Shown here piece by piece: positions 1-9,533 of a stretch of DNA of 64,000 nucleotides (within the stretch, counting starts at the first letter, position 1; each line of letters opens with the position of its first letter). The notes under the pieces are model-generated. The model saw nothing but the letters and a program-made list of their open reading frames with translations. It did no database searches and was not told where the DNA came from. The translations under genes and the position numbers were made by a program. Source of the stretch: Methanothrix sp. (GTDB lineage: Archaea; Halobacteriota; Methanosarcinia; Methanotrichales; Methanotrichaceae); assembly GCA_963682135.1 (NCBI GenBank), contig OY821645.1, forward strand, positions 2,560,001 through 2,624,000. The letters run 5' to 3'.

Positions 1-400
1 AGGCCAGGTGATCGCCCCGAGCAGCGAGGCTTTCATAGATCTGGTATGGGGTGCAGGTGCAGTCGATGGTGACACCCAGGCGGCGGTAGGCTTCGATGGT
101 CTGCTGCTGCCTGACGGCGAATTCTTCCCGGATGCCCATCTCCTGCCAGCGGCAGAGGTCCATGCCCGCCGGGTTGAGGATGCTGGGCACGACCACGCGG
201 CCCTGCAGGTCGGATATCCACTCGAGACCTGCTTCGCCGATGTTCTTGTAGGATACTCCCGCGATTTGCACCGATCGAACTGGCACGAGCCTCTCTGCGC
301 CATAGATGTCGCCTAACGCTACAAGGATCTCCATCATGCGGCGCAGGGTCTCGCCCTGCTCACCCTGATAAATGCCTTCTTCCTCACGGGAAAGGTACAT
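1..400 (-). CDS. Aconitase X catalytic subunit (probable phosphomevalonate dehydratase large subunit), 3' end outside the window
   Basis: Not in the ORF track. My translation from the ATG at 400 gives MYLSREEEGIYQGEQGETLRRMMEILVALGDIYGAERLVPV...QIAGVSYKNIGEAG...LNPAGMD...CTCTPY, typical of the AcnX (DUF521) N-terminus. Confidence 0.88.
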   Translation of the reverse strand, partial: MYLSREEEGIYQGEQGETLRRMMEILVALGDIYGAERLVPVRSVQIAGVSYKNIGEAGLEWISDLQGRVVVPSILNPAGMDLCRWQEMGIREEFAVRQQQTIEAYRRLGVTIDCTCTPYQIYESLAARGDHLA

Positions 401-551
401 GGCGGTTGACTCTGGTCTCCCTGCAATAAACTCTTTTCCTGAGATGTCGCATCATGTGGTGGTACGACATTTTGGATGGTCGTTGGATGCTGTCTTTGCC
501 AGGCGACCACCATAAGATTCGACAGCACCCTCAGGGAAAAGATATATTCAC

Positions 552-567
552 TTACAATCGTTACAAT
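552..567 (+). promoter_or_regulatory. Candidate operator for the TA operon (TTACAAT direct repeat)
   Basis: TTACAAT occurs twice (552-558, 561-567) between a TATA-like element and the antitoxin ATG at 575. Confidence 0.3.
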
Positions 568-574
568 ATTGTCC

Positions 575-760
575 ATGCTTGCCACCAAACGCATTCCTGT
601 GACGGAGGCCGTGTGGGTTGAGCTATCAGACCTCAAGACGGCCGGACAGACCTATTCAGAGCTTTTGGAAGAGATGATCGAGGATCGGAAAAAGGCCCGA
701 TTTTTCCGCGATATGGAAAGGATTGAGGAAGAAGGCGAGTTTGTGGAGTTTCCGTGGTAG
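575..760 (+). CDS. Putative type II antitoxin (RHH/DUF7557-like)
   Basis: 61-aa MLATKRIPVTEAVWVELSDLKTAGQTYSELL... with an acidic C-terminus, overlapping the downstream RelE-like gene. Confidence 0.75.
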   Translation: MLATKRIPVTEAVWVELSDLKTAGQTYSELLEEMIEDRKKARFFRDMERIEEEGEFVEFPW

Positions 761-1044
761 CCCACCAGTTGGTCATCAAGAAAAAGGCGCTGGAGTTCGT
801 TAACGCATTACCCTCAAAAAGCCATAGGATAGTGATAGAAAAATGTAAAACGCTTGCAGGCGATCCGTTCCCAGACCAAGTTGACAAAGAGATAATCTCG
901 CGAAAGGGCCATAAAGACATTTATCGTTTGCATATTTCAAGATCCTACACAGCTTTTTACAAGATTTATAAAGACGAGATAATGGTCAAAATCCTGGATA
1001 TCACAACCATTGAGCAAGCGCACAGGATATACGGTCGACTCTGA
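754..1044 (+). CDS. RelE/ParE-family toxin
   Basis: Basic 96-aa protein with LAGDPFP...IYRLHISRSYTAFYKI, a RelE-like pattern, coupled to a small upstream antitoxin. Confidence 0.8.
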   Translation: MVAHQLVIKKKALEFVNALPSKSHRIVIEKCKTLAGDPFPDQVDKEIISRKGHKDIYRLHISRSYTAFYKIYKDEIMVKILDITTIEQAHRIYGRL

Positions 1045-1294
1045 GTGCATATAACTTGCAAGTTTTTGGGATTATCCGTCTTATCTCAAATCTTCCCTGT
1101 ACCGCACCCCACTCTTGCGAATGCAGGAAGGCCCTTGTAGAAGGCCGCCCGCGCACCCGTCGGCCCGTCGCCCGAGGGGGCAAGGGCTGCAAGGAGAGGC
1201 GGATGCTGCCCTAAGGCCGAGCCGAGGCCCTCTGGTACAGGCCAGGCAGATGTCGAGGAGGATGAAGGCAGGGGGCGCTGGGGATTTGGGCATT

Positions 1295-1404
1295 TCATTT
1301 GGAATTGCTTATCGCTTCCTTTTGGTCGCGCCAAAATTTTTCCAGCATCCTTTATTATTTCACAAGCTTCTTCTTCTGAGATCTCACGGGATCTCATCAG
1401 GCAA
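1295..1404 (-). pseudogene. Probable HEPN-domain gene remnant with internal deletion
   Basis: Lies where the HEPN partner of an MNT gene is expected. Retains a start (TTG CCT GAT GAG ATC) and a HEPN-like C-terminal helix (SREISEEEACEIIKDAGKIL...KEAISNSK*) in shifted frames, with the middle absent. Confidence 0.5.
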
Positions 1405-1717
1405 TCTTCACATCTTCTGATATGACATTCTTCAAGAAGGAGAATCCCTTACAGGCTTCAAAGTCCTTTTGAGTGAGGACCTTAACAGAAATATCTTCTT
1501 TTGTTTCGAGCAGCATATCGAAGGCCATGCCGATAAGATCTCGCCGAAGCCGAAAGTCTTCTTTGTCTATTACTATTAATAGCTCTATATCCGAATCGGG
1601 CCGGGCTGTGCCCCGAGCAACGGAGCCGAAGAGAGTGATCCCATGGATTCGATCTCCGTAAGCCTTAGATGCTCTTTTTACGCATTCGTCAAGGGCTTTT
1701 TGCCTGGGAAATTCCAT
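1397..1717 (-). CDS. Minimal nucleotidyltransferase (MNT) domain protein
   Basis: LFGSVARGTARPDSDIELLIV motif, 106 aa. Confidence 0.88.
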   Translation of the reverse strand: MEFPRQKALDECVKRASKAYGDRIHGITLFGSVARGTARPDSDIELLIVIDKEDFRLRRDLIGMAFDMLLETKEDISVKVLTQKDFEACKGFSFLKNVISEDVKIA

Positions 1718-1850
1718 TGATAACTCCTAAAAATATAATCGAATCGTATTCATGAGGTATACAGTTTTTGCCCCAAGGCGAACATCGGCCATTTGATCAC
1801 CTGCCTGAATGTATTTGCCATTTCCTTTACCTTTGATCAGTGGATGCGTC

Positions 1851-2774
1851 CTAAACCAATCGATGCAGTGGATGCCCCTCTCCCGGAGCGATATCCAGGT
1901 CGCGCACCGCCTCGGCAATGAGAATGTCGGCCAACGCCGCCGCCGGAAAGATGATGTCCGCGCTCTCAATCGGCCCATACAGCAGGAAGTCGGCCCCCGC
2001 CAGGAGCTGCATGGCCCCTGCCGCCGCATCGCAGCATTTTCTGGCCGTCTTCTCCTTTTGGGAGAGCCAGCGCCAGGAGGATACGGCATTGTGAATGCCC
2101 GAGCCCACGGGCAGGCCCAGACGCGCCTTGGCAGCCACGCAAAAGCGCAGAGCCGACCCGGCGCCACTTCCCAGGGGCAGCACCGCGGGATCGATGAGAA
2201 GATTTCTTATTCCTATCTCTCCGGCTGCGGCCAGAAGGCCCTTCTCGCGCACATTTCCGCCCGTCTCCAGAATGGCCAGTGAGCCGTCCACGCCCGGCTG
2301 GGATGGATTGTAGGCCAGAATGATGGCCGAGTCGATCTCCGATCCCCGCAGGGCCTGCGCCTCCTTCTCCCCCGTTGCCAGACTGATGCTGTTGTAGATG
2401 GCCCGGTCGGCATAGCCCAGTTCAGAAACCAGGAGCGCGGCGGCAGAGCGTGTTGATGCATCCGCAGAATCTATGATGAAGGGGCCGCTCCAGACCTGTT
2501 CGGCAAAATCAAGATACCTTTCGAAAGCCCCGATGCTCCGGGCATAGAGGTGCAGCACACAGGGGCATCCTGTCTCCTCGGACAGCTCTGCCTGACGGGA
2601 TATCAGCCTCTCCGCCGCCGCGCGGTCAAAGATGCCTCTCTCCTCATCTGCTACAATCTTGTGCCCTTGATAAAAAATGGTGCCGCATAGAACCGAAGGC
2701 AACTGGCCGCACTGGCCCCCAAATTTCACGCCCGCGACGTTTACTATGGATTGATCTTTGCTGAATCGAAACAA
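1851..2774 (-). CDS. mtxH: MtrH-family methyltransferase (MtxH-like paralog)
   Basis: MFRFSKDQ...GGQCGQLPSVLCGTIFY, IYNSI, GLPVGSGIHN, ADFLLYGPIE and HPL C-terminus. Paired with an MtrA paralog and without other mtr subunits. Confidence 0.82.
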   Translation of the reverse strand: MFRFSKDQSIVNVAGVKFGGQCGQLPSVLCGTIFYQGHKIVADEERGIFDRAAAERLISRQAELSEETGCPCVLHLYARSIGAFERYLDFAEQVWSGPFIIDSADASTRSAAALLVSELGYADRAIYNSISLATGEKEAQALRGSEIDSAIILAYNPSQPGVDGSLAILETGGNVREKGLLAAAGEIGIRNLLIDPAVLPLGSGAGSALRFCVAAKARLGLPVGSGIHNAVSSWRWLSQKEKTARKCCDAAAGAMQLLAGADFLLYGPIESADIIFPAAALADILIAEAVRDLDIAPGEGHPLHRLV

Positions 2775-2777
2775 TTG

Positions 2778-3413
2778 TCATCCCTCTGCATTAGCCTTCG
2801 CCGTAATCTCTTCCACAACCAGCCAGGCCGATGTATCCATGACGACCCTGCCGCCAAAGGATAGGTCCCCCTGGCCAAATGCAATCTGCCGCGCGGCGGC
2901 CTTTCTTTTGATTACCTGGAAGGGCTTTTCGGGATAAGGCTCACAGAGGCGGCTATATCTGAATATCTGCTCTTCAATCTGCCCAATATCTTCCAGGCCG
3001 ATACAGTCCACCAGCTCCACCTGGCTCTGGAAGCGCGCGATGGCCTGCGCCGGAAGATTTTGAATGAATGGTATGGCACCACGCGAACCGATTATTCTGC
3101 CCTGCTCATCTATGCCATTTTTATGCAGCGCCAGAATAGTATTGCCGGGCAGATGGCCCTTCGACTCCACCCCGCAGAGGATAAGGAATCTGATATTGCA
3201 ATTGGATATCATATTGGCCACGATCTTCTCGACGCCCAGATTCTCAGTCTTGCACTGGCCGCAGATGGCAGCGCCCCTTGGGAAGATGGAACTGGCTAAG
3301 GTTACCACCGCTACACCGGCATTTGCATTGCCTACCTGATAGTCGCCGCGCACAGGCGGCCAGGGGTCCTCGTAGCCTGGTTTAGTGCTATTGCTCTCCT
3401 CTGCCATAATCAC
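2778..3413 (-). CDS. mtxA: MtrA-family corrinoid protein (MtxA-like, no C-terminal TM helix)
   Basis: [40 protein letters not shown] (His ligand), GAIPFIQN. Confidence 0.85.
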   Translation of the reverse strand: MIMAEESNSTKPGYEDPWPPVRGDYQVGNANAGVAVVTLASSIFPRGAAICGQCKTENLGVEKIVANMISNCNIRFLILCGVESKGHLPGNTILALHKNGIDEQGRIIGSRGAIPFIQNLPAQAIARFQSQVELVDCIGLEDIGQIEEQIFRYSRLCEPYPEKPFQVIKRKAAARQIAFGQGDLSFGGRVVMDTSAWLVVEEITAKANAEG

Positions 3414-3599
3414 TCCAGCCTAAAATCCCTAAGACCTAATCTACATTTATTTTTTCCCGTCAGGGATCCGGCATGATTGCCCGGTAGAATCTCTATGAAA
3501 TATTGAAATATGAGTAGATTAAATAAGTTGATCACTCTCACGTGATAATTCTTTGCGATACAAGTCTTGCTTCTTACCCAAGCGAACGGTGGAACGAAA

Positions 3600-3977
3600 A
3601 TGGCCTCATACAAAGAAAAGATCCTGGATGTCATAGGTGAAGCAGAGGTAGGTCTCACCACGGTAGATGTGGCCAAGAAAGCAGGCGTTAGCAAGACCAC
3701 GGTGATCAAATACCTCTCCGTGCTCAGTTCCGAAGGCCTGGTCGAATTCGTGGAGGTAGGCCCGTCCAAGCTCTGGAGAAGTAGAAGAACGGGCATAAAG
3801 CATAGGGAAGATGGAGCGCAGACTCTGAATATAGAGGCGCAACCAATGGTGGATATTGATTTTTGTAGCGACGAAGACAATACCGTTCACTTTTCATTTC
3901 AGGTCGATCCAAATCGGATATGCACACTCTTGAAGCGTGCCAACAAATGCATGTGCCAAAATGCTGAAATATATTAA
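3600..3977 (+). CDS. Winged-helix transcriptional regulator with Cys-containing C-terminus
   Basis: LTTVDVAKKAGVSKTTVIKYLSVLSSEGLV HTH pattern. Confidence 0.8.
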   Translation: MASYKEKILDVIGEAEVGLTTVDVAKKAGVSKTTVIKYLSVLSSEGLVEFVEVGPSKLWRSRRTGIKHREDGAQTLNIEAQPMVDIDFCSDEDNTVHFSFQVDPNRICTLLKRANKCMCQNAEIY

Positions 3978-3992
3978 TTGAGGAATAATTAC

Positions 3993-5363
3993 ATGCCCAG
4001 CGCACCGCAAATGTCTATACCAAAGGAGATCGAAGATTTCTTCACGGTTGAAAGCGGCCAGACCCTTCTTATCAAAGGCTTGCCCGGAACCGGCAAGACT
4101 ACTTTAGCTCTGGAGATCATGAATAGCTTATGCGAGGATCGGAATGGAATGTACATATCCACTCGAATCGATCCTCGTCGGCTCTATGCCACTAACCCTT
4201 GGGTGAAAGAGGTCGTCCCACCCAAGAATGTGGTCAATGCCACTCAGAGCAAGCTCCTGGAGAGCCTGAAGGGCGTAGGAAAAGATCTATCCAACTATTA
4301 TGCAGTTCTGGATTTTTTTAAAGTATTCTTTGATGAGGCAGAGGAGATGGATAATCCCATGATTATCATCGATAGCTGGGATGCGGTCTTGAATTATACC
4401 GCTCACCTCATCGGCGATGCCCAGCACAGCTTTGAACAAAATATCTGCGAATTTGCCCGAGATCTGGACACGCACCTAATCTTTGTCTCCGAATTTGCCA
4501 GTGTCATGCCTTTGGACTACATTGTGGACGGAGTGGTGACTATGGAGCAATTCCGTCTTCCCGGATATGCCGAAGGGAGCATGAGGAGCCGCTATGTCCG
4601 GCAGATAAAACTGGAAAAGTTGCGAGGAGTCGAAATTGGCCAGAAGACCTACACGGTCACATTACACAACGGGCGGTTCCGGTTCTTTGAGCCTTACCGG
4701 GAACATAAGGATGCCAGAATTGCCAGTGATGGAATGAGAGTTCCCGATCCCCAAACGGATCGCATCTCCTCGGGAATTCCTGACCTGGATGTCATTACAG
4801 GCGGTCTGAAGTACGGCTCATGCAATGTCGTGGAGATAGACCATGGTGTGGGCAAGAGGTACTATCAGATCCTAACTGCCCTGGCGTCGAATGCCCTTAA
4901 GAACGGCAGGGGCGTCTTTATTCTGCCCAGCATCGGCTACCAGCTCAGCACGCGCGACATTTTTGTGCCGACCAATGTTGTTGTCTCCCAGCCGGTGGGA
5001 GATGATCCGGTAGCATGGGGGGAAGAGCTGCAAGAGAAGTGGGACGCACTGCGAGAGAGGACTGGCCGGCCCATACTGAATATCATCGGCCTGGACTCCA
5101 TTGAGTTTGCCTTCGGCTACAAAGCAGTGCTCAATTTAGTCAACCTGATGATCCGCAACTGGAAGGAGACCAATGATATCAATGTGCTTGTGGTGAAGAG
5201 CGGCCAGGAGAGCATGAACATGGCTGTCCATACGGCGGATACGTATCAGCTGGTCAATGAATTGAACGGCGGGCTGTGTCTTTATGGCATCATCCCCCGA
5301 ACTGAGCCCTATTATATGCTTTTAGAGGATAGGAACCGGATCAGCCTGACGCCCATAGTCTAG
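3993..5363 (+). CDS. KaiC/RecA-superfamily ATPase, GvpD-like (active plus degenerate domain)
   Basis: Walker A GLPGTGKT, IIIDSWD, LDYIVDGVV and KLRG. The second domain begins ISSGIPDLD but lacks a P-loop. Confidence 0.8.
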   Translation: MPSAPQMSIPKEIEDFFTVESGQTLLIKGLPGTGKTTLALEIMNSLCEDRNGMYISTRIDPRRLYATNPWVKEVVPPKNVVNATQSKLLESLKGVGKDLSNYYAVLDFFKVFFDEAEEMDNPMIIIDSWDAVLNYTAHLIGDAQHSFEQNICEFARDLDTHLIFVSEFASVMPLDYIVDGVVTMEQFRLPGYAEGSMRSRYVRQIKLEKLRGVEIGQKTYTVTLHNGRFRFFEPYREHKDARIASDGMRVPDPQTDRISSGIPDLDVITGGLKYGSCNVVEIDHGVGKRYYQILTALASNALKNGRGVFILPSIGYQLSTRDIFVPTNVVVSQPVGDDPVAWGEELQEKWDALRERTGRPILNIIGLDSIEFAFGYKAVLNLVNLMIRNWKETNDINVLVVKSGQESMNMAVHTADTYQLVNELNGGLCLYGIIPRTEPYYMLLEDRNRISLTPIV

Positions 5364-5424
5364 CTTCACCTGGGTTCCTATCCCCTAAATCTTTCTTCAC
5401 CAATTAATTTGTGCTTGAAAGAAT

Positions 5425-5934
5425 TTAGGCCTTAGCCAGGCCTTTTGCCTCCCGGGCAATTCGCAGGGCGGCTTCCTTTCGCATCATCTCCACGAACTCT
5501 CGCTGTGTGGCAAAGATCAGAGTCCCAGTCGGACAGGCGGCAACACAGGCCGGAGTGTCCAGATTCTTGCAGCGGTCGCACTTCACAGCCATGCGCACCT
5601 CAGCGTGCCGGCCTATGACCCCGTAAGGGCAGACCATAGCGCACATCCAGCAGCCCACACAATTCTCTTGATTGCGATCGACGATGCCGCTGACCGCATC
5701 CTGGTGCATGCCACCGGTGCGGCAGACGGCAACGCAGGGAGCATCCTCGCAGTGGCGGCAGACGAGAGGCATCTTCTGCCCCTCAGCCATCTCCACATAA
5801 ACGCGGCGCACCGGCCCCGGCTTCTCAGAGACGGCGGCTATTAGGCTCTTGCCGGCGGAATGCTCTACGGCGCAGGCCATCTCGCAGGACTTGCAGCCTA
5901 AACATCTGTCCAGGCGAACGAAGACTTCTTTCAT
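5425..5934 (-). CDS. cooF: CooF-type 4Fe-4S protein
   Basis: CLGCKSCEMAC, CRHCEDAPC..VC, CVGCWMCAMVCPYG and KCDRC..PAC..AC, directly downstream of cooS. Confidence 0.88.
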   Translation of the reverse strand: MKEVFVRLDRCLGCKSCEMACAVEHSAGKSLIAAVSEKPGPVRRVYVEMAEGQKMPLVCRHCEDAPCVAVCRTGGMHQDAVSGIVDRNQENCVGCWMCAMVCPYGVIGRHAEVRMAVKCDRCKNLDTPACVAACPTGTLIFATQREFVEMMRKEAALRIAREAKGLAKA

Positions 5935-5943
5935 GATTGCCCC

Positions 5944-7791
5944 TCACAGACCCAGCTTCTTGCGCTGGCTGTCGATATGATTTATCATCAATGCAGCGGC
6001 CTTAAACGGATCAGGCTCCACAGCGAAGCATGCTCCGACCACGTCCTTAGCGCCGACGGTGAGCAGTCCGGCAACTGCACTGCTTCCCAATACAGAGGGA
6101 ACAGTTCCCAGCACGGTGTACACTCCCGAGCCCACCACATAAGCTCCAATAGCCACCGCTTTTTCGCTCATCCACTCCGGAGCAGCGCCAGCCGCAGGCA
6201 GGTCGCTTATGTCCACGCCCAGAGCATTGGCAAGCGCCGCAGCTGCTGTCAGAATACGGCTGATGTCCACGCATGAGCCCATATGCAGCACAGGCGGAAT
6301 TCCCAAGGCTTTGCATACTCCTTTTAGGCCATCGCCAGCCATATCGGCAGCCTCGGGGAGGAGCAGACCGGCCTTGGCACAGGCCAGGGCGTTACAGCCG
6401 GTTGTGAGCACAAGCACATTGTTCTTGATTAGCTCTTTTACCATGTTGATGTGGCCATAATCATGAACGATCTTGGGATTGTTGCAGCCGACGACAGCTC
6501 CAATTCCCCGCACAGCGCCGCTCTTGATGGCACCGATAAGCGGATCCAGTGTTCCTCCCAGGGCACCCACAATCGTCTCTACTGAGAAGCCCACCATGCA
6601 TTTGGACTTTTCATTGGGAATGTGGATCTTGGCAGGATTGCGGTTCTTGTAGTTTTGGACCGCCGCCGAGACGATGGATTTGGCCGTCTCCAGGGCAGTC
6701 TCTTCATGAAACTCCATGTGCACAGCGCCCGGGAATTTAGCCTTGGGGGAGGTGGAGATGAATTTGGTGTGAAAGCACCCAGCGAGAGCTCCCAGGGCGG
6801 GCATGACGCACTGCACATCTACAATCATGGCATCCACCGCGCCTGTGGCCACGGCCAGCTCTTGCTGCAGGAAGTTGCCTGCTGACGGCACGCCGTGACG
6901 CATGAGGACCTCATTTCCAGTGCAGCAAATTCCAGCCACGTTTATGCCCACTGCGCCTTGCTTCTTGGCCAGCTCCACCATTTCCGGGTCTGCAGCTGCC
7001 GCCACGATCATCTCAGACAGAAGGGGCTCATGACCATGCACTATGACGTTGACCTGATTGGGCTCCAGGACCCCCAGGTTGGCCTCGGAAAATGCGGGCG
7101 TGGGTGTGCCGAAGAGAATGTCCTGCAGCTCCGTGGCGATCATGGAGCCGCCCCAGCCGTCGGCAAGGCCAGTGCGTAGTCCCTGCAAAATCAGGCTCAC
7201 GTAATCGTTGTCAACCCCCATATGGGTGCGATGCATGCACTCCACAATCTCCCGGTCAATGCCGCGCGGCTCAATGCCCAGTTTTTTCCATAGCTCCAGT
7301 CGCTTGGCCGGAGCCCGGCGGGTGAACTGGAGGGGTCCATCTTGTTTGCCGAACTGGGCCATGATGGCATCTGCCAGGGCAATTTGAGTTTCTACACCGT
7401 ACTCCGCCATGAGGCGCTCCAGCTTGGCCTGATCTTTAATGTTGTAGGAAGGGGCCTCGCCCATAACTACAGCCCGGAAGGTATGGGCTACGTCGCGAGC
7501 GTGATCGGAGTGGGCTGAAGCTCCTGCGGCGATGCTGCGCAGAAGATTACGGGCAACGATTATATCAGCCGTTGCTCCGCAGACGCCTTTGGTGGCTCCT
7601 TCTCCAAAGGGATCTATGCGGCATGGTCCCATGTTGCAGTTTCGACAGCACAGTCCCAGCTCACCAAAACCGCATTGTGGCTGTTGTTTTTCGAAGCGAT
7701 CCCAGGCAGTCTCCAGACCGGCCCTCTGGCAGACATCAAGCATCTCCCGGCTGGCGGGATCTATGGATCTATCACGAACATCCTTTGCCAT
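5944..7791 (-). CDS. cooS: Monofunctional Ni-Fe carbon monoxide dehydrogenase catalytic subunit
   Basis: QPQCGFGELGLCCRNCNMGPC, VHGHEP, GICCTGNE, DVQC, VGCNN, TGCNA, GSCVD and SEKA. Confidence 0.95.
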   Translation of the reverse strand: MAKDVRDRSIDPASREMLDVCQRAGLETAWDRFEKQQPQCGFGELGLCCRNCNMGPCRIDPFGEGATKGVCGATADIIVARNLLRSIAAGASAHSDHARDVAHTFRAVVMGEAPSYNIKDQAKLERLMAEYGVETQIALADAIMAQFGKQDGPLQFTRRAPAKRLELWKKLGIEPRGIDREIVECMHRTHMGVDNDYVSLILQGLRTGLADGWGGSMIATELQDILFGTPTPAFSEANLGVLEPNQVNVIVHGHEPLLSEMIVAAAADPEMVELAKKQGAVGINVAGICCTGNEVLMRHGVPSAGNFLQQELAVATGAVDAMIVDVQCVMPALGALAGCFHTKFISTSPKAKFPGAVHMEFHEETALETAKSIVSAAVQNYKNRNPAKIHIPNEKSKCMVGFSVETIVGALGGTLDPLIGAIKSGAVRGIGAVVGCNNPKIVHDYGHINMVKELIKNNVLVLTTGCNALACAKAGLLLPEAADMAGDGLKGVCKALGIPPVLHMGSCVDISRILTAAAALANALGVDISDLPAAGAAPEWMSEKAVAIGAYVVGSGVYTVLGTVPSVLGSSAVAGLLTVGAKDVVGACFAVEPDPFKAAALMINHIDSQRKKLGL

Positions 7792-8179
7792 ATCAGTACC
7801 TCTATAATAAATCCTGAGCACAATTTAGGTGCGAATCCGCCTACTACTATTTAATGTTAATCTATTTTATTTTAAATTATTTAAGAAAGTTTTGAAAAAG
7901 AAATCCTATAAGTGTGAAATCTATTTGAGTCCATAAAAACAAAATGCTCTGGTTACATCATTGGTCGTTTAATTAATGAGATCTTTTTCACCAATTGTTA
8001 GCTACTATAATATCCTAGCATATTTTTAATATTAGAACATGCTTTCATCTAATCAGATGCACGAGTGAAGATAGGATTAAGGGAGGGATGCGGGTAATCA
8101 TCCCATCCTGTTTTCTTGATGTTTTTCATGTGAACATGTATCCGAAACCTCTTTATATTCTTCAAGGCACTTCTCCCTT

Positions 8180-8752
8180 ATGAAAAATTCATTCTCTGTT
8201 CTTCTCATCACTCTCCTCTTGCTCCTGGCCGACCAGGCCGGTGCATCCTTTTGGTTCCGGGTGATTGAAATCACGCCCATTGAGATGACGCCCAATAGCA
8301 TAGCCAACTTTACCGTCTCTGTTAAGGGCATGGGCAGCGAGAGAGCCTATGTCGAGCTGGTCTTCAGGAACAAGACCAAAGGATTCGATTTCTCATGCCC
8401 TAAGATGATCAAAAACGTCTTTCCGGCAGGCGTGACTCAATACAATTGCAGCGTTAAGGCAGCCGATGTGCCGCCTGGCAACTATTCTTTTGTAGTGGAC
8501 GTTGCCGCCACAGGATCGCCATCCGGCAAGAAGACCGGCTTTATCAATGTGCTGGCGGCGAATGGCGGCAGGTCAATTGAGCCGCAAGCTGGGTCGATGC
8601 CAACCGGGCCGACGCTGCAAGTATATAATGCATCCCAGGCCGACGAAGGCGCAGCAGAAAAGCCCCTGGCCCAGACCCAGAATACGCCGGCACCCGGGGC
8701 AGTAGCGGCCATTCTTGCCATGCTGCTTGTCTTGCGCAGGATGGCTGAATAA
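8180..8752 (+). CDS. Secreted Ig-like protein with PGF-CTERM-like sorting signal
   Basis: Signal peptide. The C-terminus TPAPGAVAAILAMLLVLRR is a Pro-Gly motif, a hydrophobic stretch and a basic tail. Confidence 0.7.
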   Translation: MKNSFSVLLITLLLLLADQAGASFWFRVIEITPIEMTPNSIANFTVSVKGMGSERAYVELVFRNKTKGFDFSCPKMIKNVFPAGVTQYNCSVKAADVPPGNYSFVVDVAATGSPSGKKTGFINVLAANGGRSIEPQAGSMPTGPTLQVYNASQADEGAAEKPLAQTQNTPAPGAVAAILAMLLVLRRMAE

Positions 8753-8886
8753 TTATCTTAACCAGTAAATAACTTTTTGGTTACTGAAAAACCAGGCCAA
8801 GCAGGACAGCATAGATTGTGTTTCATGATATCCATAAATAATTTGCCCAAAACATTTTCATACTACTATCATATAATCACCAGAAG

Positions 8887-9516
8887 ATGAGAGTTAGCGC
8901 TAGATTAATCATGGCTTTGTTGGTAAGCACGGTCTATTGGATAAGCTTGATCGTGATCACAATCAGCATGCCGTTGACAGTTGCGCAGTCTCCTGCGGCC
9001 TGCGCTGTCACTTCGCCATCATATCCGAGAATCTTGGACTTTGATTTTTCACCCAGAGAATTAATTCTGGATAATGGTTCTTCACAGATCGTCCTTCAAA
9101 CTCATCTTGCCGATGAGAACGGAGATATAGAATCTATCGAAGCAGTCTTTTCCAGTCCTTCACAAAACCAGTCCGTAGCAGCCTACATGAATTCGACAAA
9201 TCTGATATCTGGAGATGCCAGCAGCGGCAACTATTCCGCTAATTTGTCCTTTTCTTCCTCCAGCCAAGTGGGTACTTGGACGGTCGAGCATCTGACTGTC
9301 TGCGATAGGGCGGGAGATTGCAGGAGAATTAATGCCACCGCGGCAGAAACACTGGGCTTTCCGGCAAAGCTGCAAATCATCAAAAGAAGAGCAATTAATC
9401 TCGGCCTTGATCCAAATGAGCTTCGTGGCTGGGCCAATACCGACAAAAGGTTCTCCGCCCAAAGGAAGATCATCATTAACAGCGTCTTCAACCGACCTTC
9501 TATCTGCTGGCCGTAA
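8887..9516 (+). CDS. Secreted or membrane-anchored hypothetical protein (beta-rich)
   Basis: N-terminal hydrophobic segment, Ser/Asn-rich beta-strand pattern, N-glycosylation sequons. Confidence 0.6.
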   Translation: MRVSARLIMALLVSTVYWISLIVITISMPLTVAQSPAACAVTSPSYPRILDFDFSPRELILDNGSSQIVLQTHLADENGDIESIEAVFSSPSQNQSVAAYMNSTNLISGDASSGNYSANLSFSSSSQVGTWTVEHLTVCDRAGDCRRINATAAETLGFPAKLQIIKRRAINLGLDPNELRGWANTDKRFSAQRKIIINSVFNRPSICWP

Positions 9517-9533
9517 TCTAGATCAGCTCTTCA

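Noticed and set aside
8-316. Plus-strand 102-aa ORF in the track
   Set aside because: It is the antisense shadow of the aconitase X gene running off the window on the minus strand.
3993-5363. Gas vesicle or circadian clock locus
   Set aside because: No gvpA/N/O or kaiA/B genes are nearby. Only the ATPase fold is shared.
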